A stretch of 32,880 nucleotides of DNA, taken from contig JALHLM010000005.1 in the NCBI GenBank assembly GCA_022844585.1, positions 1 to 32,880 on the forward strand, in the 5' to 3' direction. The stretch comes from Pirellulales bacterium. Lineage in GTDB: Bacteria; Planctomycetota; Planctomycetia; Pirellulales; JALHLM01. The translations under genes were made by a program, and so were the position numbers. Below are positions 24,739 to 32,880 of the stretch, piece after piece (position 1 is the first letter of the stretch; every line of letters begins with the position of its first letter). Below the pieces are notes generated by a model. It was not told the DNA's origin and did no database searches. It worked only from the letters and a program-made list of their open reading frames with translations.

Positions 24739-27244
24739 CAAGGGTCACCAAAAGTCGAAATGCCCGACTTGGACGCCCGCCATTGCCACTACCATTCTGG
24801 GCGAGCCAGTCACCGCAACCCTGACTCACCAGCCGCTGAAGGTCCGCTTCGGCCATCGACTCTTGGTTGCGATAGCGGCGAGGCCCACGCATCAGATCGC
24901 GTGTCGTGACGACGCCGCCCCGCTGGCGGATGTAGTCGATCAACTCACGGCACTCCCGCTGATCGGGGGTTTCGTCGATCATAGCGTAGATGCGTTTCGT
25001 CTCGGCCGAGAACCATCGCACCAACGCAATCCCGGCGGAGAGTGCCTCCACGCCGACGTCGGTGGGCGGCTGCCATTCGTCAACGGACATCCAAGACGCC
25101 AATTCACAAATGAGCGCCAGCCGAGCGGCGTACCCCGTCAGTTTGGCCCAGGCGGCGGAGAGGTCGCCGTGCAGGGCTATCTGTTCGTCCGCGTGAGCGT
25201 CGTGGAATTCGATCCAGAGTTTTTTGGCGTCGGGGTTGAGCGAAAGTAGCGTCGGGGCTGGTTCGCCCGTTTGCTCGTCGTACTGTAGTGGCAGATCAAT
25301 GAGCCAGTCGAACATGGTGGCCAGTCGATCCTGGACCGTGCCATCGACGGCTGAATCGCGCCAGCGGGCGACGCGTGCGGGTGGATAGGCCATCAAGAAC
25401 CGGGCGGCCAAGCCCGACTCCATTCGGTCCCGAGTGAAGCTTCGGCGCAGGACGCCGGGCTGGATCGCCCCGACGATCGACAAGTTGGCCAGCGGCACGT
25501 AGATCGAGGGCTTCTCGATGTTCTTGCGATCCATCACCAGCGGCCGTGCGCCATGCATCGCCAGGTAGGCCGCCTCATCGCCCCCACGACCGCCTCGATA
25601 TTGATTCATGCTGCCGAAGAAGCCCGATAGCTCATCACGAAAGAGCAGCAGCCCGCGGGGATTTTGCTCCAGGCGCACGGCGAGTGCCTCGGTGGTCACA
25701 TCGCTGACCGTGAAGCGGGTGCAGACTGGATGTACCGGTGTTTGGGGCGGCGTCTGATCGGACTTCTTGCCGCGACGGCCACCGGTCTGATTAGAGGCCT
25801 GTCGAAAAGCTCGAAGTGCAACGTCGTAATCGGCGAGCGCGGCATTGTGTTTTTTGATCGCCTCGGCTTCCCGACGCCGCAATGGGCGAATCGGCGCTTC
25901 TAAGGCCGGACTCTTGCGAGTGCCAGATTCGCAGACTACCGACGCCCAGACGATCGGCGGCTCGGAGTAGTCGCGCTTGAGGGCGATCCGGTAGGAGTTG
26001 CCGATGGCCGCCGCCATGGCGCTCAACAGAGGAAGCGCGACCATGCTCTCGTCGCAGTCGATCGACCTCGCCGTCTGCTGCACGAAGTCGCGGCAGACGC
26101 GTGGAAGCACGTGCGTTGGAAACGGCTGAAACACGTCGGGAACAGTGAATGGTTGTGCCTTCACCGTCGGAACTGTGGCCGCCGTCAAGGCGTGCCCATT
26201 CGTGCCGCCATAACCGTTTGCCCGGAGCGCCGCGGCCGCCGCGCTGTAGTTGCCGTCGTGGTTTAGCATCGTGTAGGTCGCGAACTTGCTGTAGCTGGAA
26301 CAACGTCGAGTGCCAACAGGGCCGTCGAACGGGTATGCGTTCGTACTGAATACGCAGAATAACTCGGTGCAATTGGCGCTCACGACGCCCGTAGTGGCGC
26401 TGACGCCGCGATCTTTTCCAGGCCGCCGCCACATCGTTAGCGCGCCGCACTGTCGCACAGTGACCCAACCAGCGGGCTCCAAGATGGCTTCCCAGGACGA
26501 CGCCAAGTTGAACGCGGTGCCGGGGGCGTCGGCGCGCACGTGCGCCGTTGGCGCTTCGGTGATCTCGTTGCGGTCGACGTAGCGATTGAAGGACTTCGCC
26601 GTGGCGACGAGCAGCTGATGTTCCTCGGCCGTGATCACGCAGATCTCCGGGAGAGGTGGGCCGGCAACTTGGCGGTACGGCTGACCGGAAGGATGGCACT
26701 TCGCTGGTGAACCCGGCGCAATCGCGTAACCGCCCTCGCCACGGGTTTCGATCAAGGTCTCCGGCGCGAACCGCTGCTTCCCGGTTTTGGCATCGACGAT
26801 CGGCTCGCCGGCGGCGTCGAATTGCGGCCGAAGCTCAGACTGTGCCATCTTAGTGCTACCGGGCACATCGCCGAGAATGCGATAGCGATAATGCCGACCT
26901 CCGCCCCCATCGCGCGGCGTCGCCACGGTCGACAGTTTTTCCAATAGCCCGGGTACTTCCTCGCGAATTCCCGCTTCGAACGGCTCCACCAAGGCCGGAT
27001 CGTCGATATCAAGCGTCTCTAGACCGCCGCTGACGCGGCCACTGATGATCGCAATGCCTGTTTCGGAGCTGAACATGCGCCTGATTTCTGGCTCGCCAGC
27101 GATGCGCTCTTGAAGCTGCTTCCACGTCTGGCCAGCGGGCGGCTGCTTGGTCCCGTCACATGCAATTGGGACCACCGATAGGCCGGCGGCGGCGTAACGC
27201 AGAGCAGCCTCTACTGGCGATCCATCAAGCGCGTTGTGCATCAT
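24632..27244 (-). CDS. Bifunctional primase-polymerase (Prim-Pol) fused to DUF3987/YfjI-type helicase
   Basis: AALRYAAAGLSVVPI, LDIDD, GRHYRY, ETRGEGGYAIAPGS (AEP). ESGTRKS (Walker A-like), FRDELSG, GAIQP, GLAARF. Start probably 27244 (track 27355). Confidence 0.88.
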   Translation of the reverse strand: MMHNALDGSPVEAALRYAAAGLSVVPIACDGTKQPPAGQTWKQLQERIAGEPEIRRMFSSETGIAIISGRVSGGLETLDIDDPALVEPFEAGIREEVPGLLEKLSTVATPRDGGGGRHYRYRILGDVPGSTKMAQSELRPQFDAAGEPIVDAKTGKQRFAPETLIETRGEGGYAIAPGSPAKCHPSGQPYRQVAGPPLPEICVITAEEHQLLVATAKSFNRYVDRNEITEAPTAHVRADAPGTAFNLASSWEAILEPAGWVTVRQCGALTMWRRPGKDRGVSATTGVVSANCTELFCVFSTNAYPFDGPVGTRRCSSYSKFATYTMLNHDGNYSAAAAALRANGYGGTNGHALTAATVPTVKAQPFTVPDVFQPFPTHVLPRVCRDFVQQTARSIDCDESMVALPLLSAMAAAIGNSYRIALKRDYSEPPIVWASVVCESGTRKSPALEAPIRPLRRREAEAIKKHNAALADYDVALRAFRQASNQTGGRRGKKSDQTPPQTPVHPVCTRFTVSDVTTEALAVRLEQNPRGLLLFRDELSGFFGSMNQYRGGRGGDEAAYLAMHGARPLVMDRKNIEKPSIYVPLANLSIVGAIQPGVLRRSFTRDRMESGLAARFLMAYPPARVARWRDSAVDGTVQDRLATMFDWLIDLPLQYDEQTGEPAPTLLSLNPDAKKLWIEFHDAHADEQIALHGDLSAAWAKLTGYAARLALICELASWMSVDEWQPPTDVGVEALSAGIALVRWFSAETKRIYAMIDETPDQRECRELIDYIRQRGGVVTTRDLMRGPRRYRNQESMAEADLQRLVSQGCGDWLAQNGSGNGGRPSRAFRLLVTLGGDETPSKPERNEGSVAVATQNEMQNGKWQDGKEE

Positions 27245-27446
27245 GCTCAGAGACCTTCTCCAAGATGCCCCCGATCGGGATCGTTGTCCGTTGTGATTCT
27301 GAAGCGCCGCAGTTCGCATCGCCCCCTTCGGATTCTTCGCCGCCAGTGCCGGCAAGCAGGAGCCCGGCTAAGGCCTGGAAGAACGCGTCAGGCAGGTCGT
27401 CGGGATTCCCGACGAGTGCGATTCGATCCGCGGCCGGCTCAGGCAC
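27225..27446 (-). CDS. Small hypothetical protein between the AlpA-like gene and primase
   Basis: GTG 27446 overlaps the AlpA stop (GTGCCTGA) with GGAGG RBS; 73 aa; overlaps the primase start. Confidence 0.5.
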   Translation of the reverse strand: MPEPAADRIALVGNPDDLPDAFFQALAGLLLAGTGGEESEGGDANCGASESQRTTIPIGGILEKVSEHDAQRA

Positions 27447-27708
27447 GAGCGCCCTCCGGCTGGTTGCAGTGACCGCCGGGTTCTGGCAACTCCCATTCCG
27501 TCCGCGGCGGTGCGCCGGCGACCAGCCAAGCGCGTACTTCTTCGAGCCGCCAGCGCTTGGAGCGCCCAAGCGCGATCGGGCGAGGGCCGAGGAGGCCGCT
27601 TGAGTGGCACGCCCATACATGGCGTTCGGAAACGCCCAAGAGCTTGGCCACTTCTCCGGCAGTCAGGACGAGACAGTCCAGTTCAGCGGTATGCGGTTCA
27701 GTTCCCAT
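27439..27708 (-). CDS. AlpA/excisionase-like HTH regulator
   Basis: LTAGEVAKLLGVSERHVW...PRPIALGRSKRWRLEEVRAW. Confidence 0.88.
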   Translation of the reverse strand: MGTEPHTAELDCLVLTAGEVAKLLGVSERHVWACHSSGLLGPRPIALGRSKRWRLEEVRAWLVAGAPPRTEWELPEPGGHCNQPEGARA

Positions 27709-27839
27709 ATCGGGATTTTTCCCGATACGAGCGGCGAAGTAAGCTTCAGAGGGGTTTTACTTCGCCTTTAGCCGCTTCAGAGAGAAAGGCGCAGTGAGGG
27801 TCACTGCGGGGTTTCACCGTTCGACTGCGGGGTTTGACC
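27708..27839. promoter_or_regulatory. Cluster of inverted and direct repeats upstream of the AlpA-like gene
   Basis: TATCGGGA-N4-TCCCGATA (27708-27727); GGCGAAGTAA-N14-TTACTTCGCC (27733-27766); ACTGCGGGGTTT twice (27803, 27824). Confidence 0.55.
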
Positions 27840-28865
27840 AATTCGCTCGACGCGGGGGCGTCCGGGCCTTCCTTTCCGAATCGGCCAACCGTGGTACATG
27901 GCGATGTTATCGATCGCAGTCCGAAGGGCGTTTTCCGATTCGAGCGTGTAGTAACCTTTCTCATTCTTGCTGAGTAGCTCGAGGATCTCGGCGTTGGTCT
28001 TTCCGTCGACTCGAAGCTCGTAGAGCCAGACGTTTCGCCAGTAATTGTCCGGATCGCGGTACTCCTTACACCGCTCGTCGCTCGCTGCGATAGGTCGACT
28101 GACGGCTGTGACGGCCTGTTCCAATTGCTGGACTTTATGCTCTGACTCTTTGGCCGGCACGGCCGCCAGGAACGGGCTGCGTTTCGCACGTAGCTCGATG
28201 ATCTCATTGACACAGGCGTCGGCGAGCTCGTAAGCACGCACCAACGGGTCATCTTCGTCGGTAAAGTCCAAGTCAGGAGCCGTGCGGTGGTAGTTCAGCT
28301 TGGTCAGCACATACAGCACCGGGCTATGTACGGCGTCGAAATCGTGAATGATCCGAAAAATGTAGCCCAGATCGTGGAACTCGTTGACGAGCACGGATTC
28401 GAGGATTTCCAATTCATCCCATGTCAACTTTGAAACGCTCCCAAACGTCTCGTATCCGGTGCCTCCGTCGATTTGCATGTAAACCGTCGGGAGTTCGTCG
28501 GATTTTAGACTCCGAATGATGGCCGCATGCTCAACCGCAATGGCGTTGATCCACTGCAGCTCGCCCTTCCAAGAGTTGTCGGAATGGGATCGCTCGTCCG
28601 AAAAGACGTCCTGAAGCCCATCCCATTCGTTCTTTCTGTTTACGAACTCGACGGGGTCCTCGTCGGCCGCCGGAACCAGTTCGAAGGACCATGGACCGTT
28701 GCCGCTCGCGTCAGCAGCATCCTCCAAATAGCGCTGTACGGATTGGGCCAACAGCTTGCATTCGTCGGCGCTCAGATCGTCAGCCAAGTAAGCTGCAAGC
28801 GGACCCATCACATTCGGACCGCAGGCCGTGAAGATGCGTTCGCGAGCGGAATAGCGCGTCGCCAT
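27801..28865 (-). CDS. Hypothetical acidic protein with possible C-terminal helical DNA-binding domain
   Basis: 354-aa ORF. C-terminal RNVWLYEL..GKTNAEILELL...ENALRTAID and a basic RKGRPGRPR tail. Confidence 0.7.
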   Translation of the reverse strand: MATRYSARERIFTACGPNVMGPLAAYLADDLSADECKLLAQSVQRYLEDAADASGNGPWSFELVPAADEDPVEFVNRKNEWDGLQDVFSDERSHSDNSWKGELQWINAIAVEHAAIIRSLKSDELPTVYMQIDGGTGYETFGSVSKLTWDELEILESVLVNEFHDLGYIFRIIHDFDAVHSPVLYVLTKLNYHRTAPDLDFTDEDDPLVRAYELADACVNEIIELRAKRSPFLAAVPAKESEHKVQQLEQAVTAVSRPIAASDERCKEYRDPDNYWRNVWLYELRVDGKTNAEILELLSKNEKGYYTLESENALRTAIDNIAMYHGWPIRKGRPGRPRVERIGQTPQSNGETPQ

Positions 28866-28975
28866 GTAGTTCTACCCTTTGGACGGGCCGGCGCGGGCGG
28901 GGCAACGGAAGGGTAGAACCGTAACCGCCGCCCGGGCCGCTTGGTCGCTCGCTGGCCTGCGAGGCGACCGTCCCG
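28866..28975 (-). ncRNA. Candidate structured cis-regulatory leader RNA
   Basis: Two hairpins; the loop region of the second (GTTCTACCCTT) is an exact 11-nt complement of AAGGGTAGAAC, which covers the RBS 3 nt before the ATG. Confidence 0.5.
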
Positions 28976-28984
28976 ATGATCGTC

Positions 28985-29030
28985 AGAATAGCAGTCACGA
29001 CGTGATAATGTCAAAGTGACAGAATGTCAA
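28985..29030 (-). promoter_or_regulatory. Sigma70-like promoter with overlapping operator-like palindromes
   Basis: TTGACA (29014-29009), 18-nt spacer, TGn-TATTCT (28990-28985); palindromes TCACG-A-CGTGA and TGTCA-N3-TGACA; second TTGACA 16 nt upstream. Confidence 0.65.
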
Positions 29031-29163
29031 GAATTGTTGCTAGTGACCTTAGCCGCAACTGCCCTGAGTTGGCGGCCGGCGACATAAGCATCCGATTGGC
29101 GGCGTTTCGGCAATCGCCCTGGGTGAAGAGCTGCTCTCGCTCGCCGAATAATTGGGGATCGCC

Positions 29164-31431
29164 CTAGTTTTTTTCGCGCTCCCGAGAACGAACTTCCAGA
29201 TTAGACACTGTCCATCCGAGTCTGTCCATTTCACGGACAAGTTCCGTATAGACTTGGGATTCTTGGTCGTGGCTCATGATTGTAACGACCAGGAATGCCG
29301 GTAAAGGCTCCTCCTCAAAACACTCGGCGCGGTTGGTCATTTTCAAGTGCAATCGCCAATCACGACCGGCCGGCGTCTTCTTGAATCGTCGGTAGTAGGT
29401 TTTCATTGGTGCCCATTGAACGCCAAAATCCGACAGCGCTGGCGGATATCGTTTGCATAAGTCTTTTGGCGACGGGTGGACTTCTCGGCCTCCGTAAACT
29501 TCCCCTTTCTCCTCGTCAAATTCCAAGAATCCAAGCGACGCGTCGATGTTTCGTCGACAGTATTCGACTCCAAATGCACGATCCAATGGCGAGTCGTAGA
29601 TCAGGGTCATAAAGACGTCACATTTCAGCATGCCAGCGACGTTCAGACACGGTGGCATTGCAAATGGATGTTTATAGAATCGCAGCCTCGTTTGAACAGG
29701 AGCCTGGAAGATTACTGTCGCACGAGACTGTTTGCAGTGCAGAATTTCGCCCGCATCAGGCGGCCGACCGTAGCCCGTATACTCAATGACGTCTGGCACA
29801 GGAGGACCATTTTCGACAAATGCCGAATGCACAACTAGCGCTTTGACCAGCAATGGATTTGAAGCGCTTCCGTCAGTTCTCAACTCCGACTCGACGGTGC
29901 CTGCAATCGCTGAAATCAGGGGTGTTGCGTAACTAACTCCAACGTGTTCAATGAGTTGTCGGTTCAAGCCGAGGGAGACTACACCCGTCTGAAAATAGTT
30001 GCCCTGGCTATCGCAGTTCCCTGCGTAGTGACTAACCTCGGGCTTTGGAATACCGCCAAGTCCTGGGCCTCGCAGGGAGAAAGGACTGACCTGCTCTCGC
30101 CGCACGCACGTGCTATCGTTGTCAGAATGTGCGAGCCCGCCTACCGTCAGTCCCCTAAGTCCATCGCCCGGAGGGGCTAATCTATCTTGTCCAGAAAAGG
30201 AAGAATCGACCGGCCATCCTCGATATGGCGTCGCGCTCATATTCCCAGCAGCAACCACAAAGAGCACTCCGAATTGCTTCTGCAAGTCGTCAATCGCCGC
30301 ACCGAATTCGGACATTGAATTGGAATTACATGCTACGCCCGACGACGCAAGTGACAGATTCCACACTCCAACCTCGGGAAACAGCTTCAGGGATTCCTCG
30401 AACAAATCCAGCAACTGCGATTCCTCAGCCTCGCCAGAATGGTCGAAAACGACAACGTCAACAACCTTGCAGGACGTGGAAGGAAAGCGGGGATTTCCGT
30501 GGTTTAAGTGCCGGCCATTTGCAATGAGCCCGGCGACGAATGTTCCGTGGGAGTTATCCTGAAGTTCTTGCGGATGCCAATCCTTTCGCGCGACAATCCA
30601 CTGTTGCAATGCCTCATTGTCAGGATCAGTGCCGGAATCAAACATTCCGATCAGCGGATAATTGCTGTCACGATCTGGGGATGGAAAGCAATCATCAGTC
30701 ATCGGCCCCAGAACGCGTGCAGCAGTACGCACCAGCCGAAAACGAGGCATTGCACACACGTTTTGTGTGCCTGGAAAGCTAGCCAGCCGCGCCGCAACTT
30801 GTGGGTTCTGAGCCTCGCAGCGATAAATGCGAACTCCTCGCCCATAGTTGACTTGCTTCAATCCTGTTGCTCCATTTTCTTGCGCAAATCTCTCAAATTC
30901 GCGTTCGAGCAAGCGATCGTACGCATTGTTTCTGTGGCGAAACAGCTTTACGCGGAGCGATTGCCGTTTGCTCGCTTGCTCAGTCAATTCACGTTCTAAC
31001 GCATCGCTGGCGGTATAAGGTTCAATCTCTTGCAGAGTGGAAAGATGAGACACTGCATCCTTTGACGCGGCTGTCATGATTCGCTGTTCTAGCTTTGTGA
31101 GACCGCTGGCAGTTGCGCTCACAAACAAGGTTCCTGCTTCGGACACACCGATGATCGGGCATGTGTCGTCGCGAAGAATCTCATCTGGACGATACGACTT
31201 CTTGCGAGCCTCTTCCTTCAACACGACCTTCGCCACTGCTGGCATTCCATTTTGCAGGGCCTGCTCAAACGTCTTGGCAACGTTCTTAACTTGCGCGGCG
31301 TAGTTGCGCCTGTAATTCGCGTCAACTGTACAGAGCGGATCGAAACCTCCACCTTTCTCGTTTGGCTCTTTGAAGTCGATGTCCTTAGTGGGCAGCACAA
31401 CTTTAATCGGGAGCAGATCTTTGTCAGCCAT
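29164..31431 (-). CDS. ietS: S8 subtilase-like serine protease, IetS-type
   Basis: MFDSG (Asp), NSHGTFVAG (His), WNLS, AAGN (oxyanion), KPEV, GVSYATP (Ser); no signal peptide; coupled to the AAA ATPase. Confidence 0.88.
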   Translation of the reverse strand: MADKDLLPIKVVLPTKDIDFKEPNEKGGGFDPLCTVDANYRRNYAAQVKNVAKTFEQALQNGMPAVAKVVLKEEARKKSYRPDEILRDDTCPIIGVSEAGTLFVSATASGLTKLEQRIMTAASKDAVSHLSTLQEIEPYTASDALERELTEQASKRQSLRVKLFRHRNNAYDRLLEREFERFAQENGATGLKQVNYGRGVRIYRCEAQNPQVAARLASFPGTQNVCAMPRFRLVRTAARVLGPMTDDCFPSPDRDSNYPLIGMFDSGTDPDNEALQQWIVARKDWHPQELQDNSHGTFVAGLIANGRHLNHGNPRFPSTSCKVVDVVVFDHSGEAEESQLLDLFEESLKLFPEVGVWNLSLASSGVACNSNSMSEFGAAIDDLQKQFGVLFVVAAGNMSATPYRGWPVDSSFSGQDRLAPPGDGLRGLTVGGLAHSDNDSTCVRREQVSPFSLRGPGLGGIPKPEVSHYAGNCDSQGNYFQTGVVSLGLNRQLIEHVGVSYATPLISAIAGTVESELRTDGSASNPLLVKALVVHSAFVENGPPVPDVIEYTGYGRPPDAGEILHCKQSRATVIFQAPVQTRLRFYKHPFAMPPCLNVAGMLKCDVFMTLIYDSPLDRAFGVEYCRRNIDASLGFLEFDEEKGEVYGGREVHPSPKDLCKRYPPALSDFGVQWAPMKTYYRRFKKTPAGRDWRLHLKMTNRAECFEEEPLPAFLVVTIMSHDQESQVYTELVREMDRLGWTVSNLEVRSREREKN

Positions 31432-32539
31432 GTGAATGCTCCTTATTCAGGATTTTGTGAATCGCGGGCTGCGACAAGCCGACCAGTTTGCCCAAGGCCG
31501 CTTCCGTGAACAGCCGCTCATCTAGCGCTCTCAGCTGGCGGATCATACTGTCGCGATCAACGCTGTCGCGACCGGTCTCCCTGAGCAATGCCGAAGCAAT
31601 TCCGGCTGCGTCGGCGACATTAGACCGTTGAAGCACTGCTGCGCGAATCGCGTCGTCCGCCACAAGCTTGATTTGCGCGCCCGACAGACCATCACTTAAC
31701 CGGGAAAAAACTTCATCCCATCCCGAAGGTGCAAATCTGCTCAGAAACTTTTGCATCAATTGAGTGCGACATTCAGCGTTGGGCGTATCCAATCTCAGTC
31801 GGCATGCGAATCTGCGCCAAATTGCAGAATCAAGGAGATGTTCGTGGTTCGTGGCCGCGAGCAACACATGGTCTTTGTCAAGTGCGTCGATGTTCTGTAA
31901 TAAACTAATCACCACGCGCTTAAGTTCGCCAAGCTCTCGACCGTCGTCACGCTTCTTTGCAATTGCGTCAAATTCGTCGAGAAACAAAACACAAGGTTCT
32001 GCCATCGCGAATTCGAACAGTCGCCGAACATTCTTGGATGTGCTTCCCAAATAGGAAGAAATCAGGCCGTCACTTCGCGCTGTAACGAGTGGAAGTCCAA
32101 GCTCAGCTGCGATAAAGCGAGCGGTCAATGTCTTTCCATTGCCTGGCGGACCATAGAGAAGCATTGTCGGGGAAATGCCAACGCCGCTTTCTGTCAGCCG
32201 ATCTGATTCGCGAATGTACACAACGAATTGTCGAATTGCATTGAGATTCGACTCTGAAAGAATCAAGTCGACGGAACCCGATTGAACGAATTCACGGTCG
32301 GCGATGCTAAGCGCTGACTCAGCGTCCACGGGGATCGCTCCCCCCTGCCCCCTCGCAATAGACGCCTTCCTAGCCGGACGCTTCTCAACGATTCGTTGCA
32401 GGCGATCAGCTTCCTTGACAGCACCAGAGGTTCGTAGATCGTCAATGAACTGTCGAAGATATGCGGCAGCTGACTCGGCATTGCCGACAATAGCCGCCTC
32501 GGCCATCTTGGACACAAAAAAAAGGTCTTTTCCGTCCAC
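31424..32539 (-). CDS. ietA: AAA+ ATPase, IetA-type, with C-terminal HTH
   Basis: GPPGNGKT, ISSYLGST, LFLDEFD, GELKRVV, AATNH..LDSAIWRRF. Start reassigned to GTG 32539 (AAGGGG RBS, downstream of the promoter). Confidence 0.9.
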   Translation of the reverse strand: MDGKDLFFVSKMAEAAIVGNAESAAAYLRQFIDDLRTSGAVKEADRLQRIVEKRPARKASIARGQGGAIPVDAESALSIADREFVQSGSVDLILSESNLNAIRQFVVYIRESDRLTESGVGISPTMLLYGPPGNGKTLTARFIAAELGLPLVTARSDGLISSYLGSTSKNVRRLFEFAMAEPCVLFLDEFDAIAKKRDDGRELGELKRVVISLLQNIDALDKDHVLLAATNHEHLLDSAIWRRFACRLRLDTPNAECRTQLMQKFLSRFAPSGWDEVFSRLSDGLSGAQIKLVADDAIRAAVLQRSNVADAAGIASALLRETGRDSVDRDSMIRQLRALDERLFTEAALGKLVGLSQPAIHKILNKEHSHG

Positions 32540-32578
32540 AGACAGCCCCTTGCGGTTATTGAAAGCGGCACAATGGTA

Positions 32579-32607
32579 ATTATGTCGGCGATTATTAGTT
32601 ATTGCAA
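32579..32607 (-). promoter_or_regulatory. Sigma70-like promoter for the ATPase-protease operon
   Basis: TTGCAA-17 nt-CATAAT in an AT-rich tract, about 40 nt upstream of GTG 32539. Confidence 0.7.
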
Positions 32608-32880
32608 CATCAAAAATGGTTATTTTTTGGCGCAATCTGGGAATGTGCTTGGGTTTGCCGAGAAGTCCAGCAGTTCGCGAGCGATGGAAATGCTGGCGTT
32701 GGCGGCTAATTATCGGTGCTCAAGACGCGCGAGTTCGGCGGAGCATTCCTTCCGATACGTTGAGACCGCTAGTGCGACGTGGTGCGACAAAGCGGAGGGA
32801 TTCTGCAAAATCTTCAAGCGCAACGAAGTTCCGCGGCCGTGAACCCGATCTTCGGTTCTGTAAAGATCGAATCGCCCCGA

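Larger units (their letters stand above)
772..28865 (-). mobile_element. Prophage or prophage-like element (siphovirus-type head and tail, primase/AlpA replication module); boundaries approximate and it may extend right past the ietAS-like pair
   Basis: Co-oriented, tightly coupled terminase, portal, capsid, neck, tube, chaperone and tape-measure genes, plus AlpA, primase and methylase. No att sites or integrase were seen. Confidence 0.85.

Noticed and set aside
32540-32635. Tracked N-terminal 32 aa of the AAA ATPase
   Set aside because: Overlaps a good TTGCAA-17-CATAAT promoter; GTG 32539 has an RBS and is the likelier start.
32640-32880. Possible 3' end of an integrase or other gene at the right edge
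   Set aside because: Two minus frames stay open for about 50 codons but show no recombinase motif; cannot be assigned.

Overview
The window is mostly one prophage-like element, nearly all on the minus strand, next to a host cytochrome P460 gene at the left edge. The host is high-GC; Planctomycetota is inferred from the gene families, not proven. In transcription order (right to left) it contains: an IetA/IetS-type AAA ATPase plus S8 protease pair; an unknown 354-aa gene with a structured leader; an AlpA-like HTH; a Prim-Pol/DUF3987 replicase followed by iteron-like repeats; a CsrA-like mini-protein; a YaaC-family insert on the + strand; a ParB-fused DNA methyltransferase; a small + strand island with a HARE-HTH gene; a Nu1-like wHTH and GpA-type terminase; an Ogr/NrdR-like zinc ribbon; a lower-GC three-gene cassette; a lambda-type portal; a protease-capsid fusion; DUF2190, neck, tail tube, frameshifted tail chaperones, tape measure and Cys-rich distal tail genes. 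No integrase, lysis genes or att sites are recognisable. The best candidate for an undescribed system is the coupled cassette at 14761-17239: a cytoplasmic trypsin-like protease, a stand-alone copy of that protease's own N-terminal domain, and a Cys/His-motif orphan protein. All family assignments come from motif recognition by eye; no searches were run.
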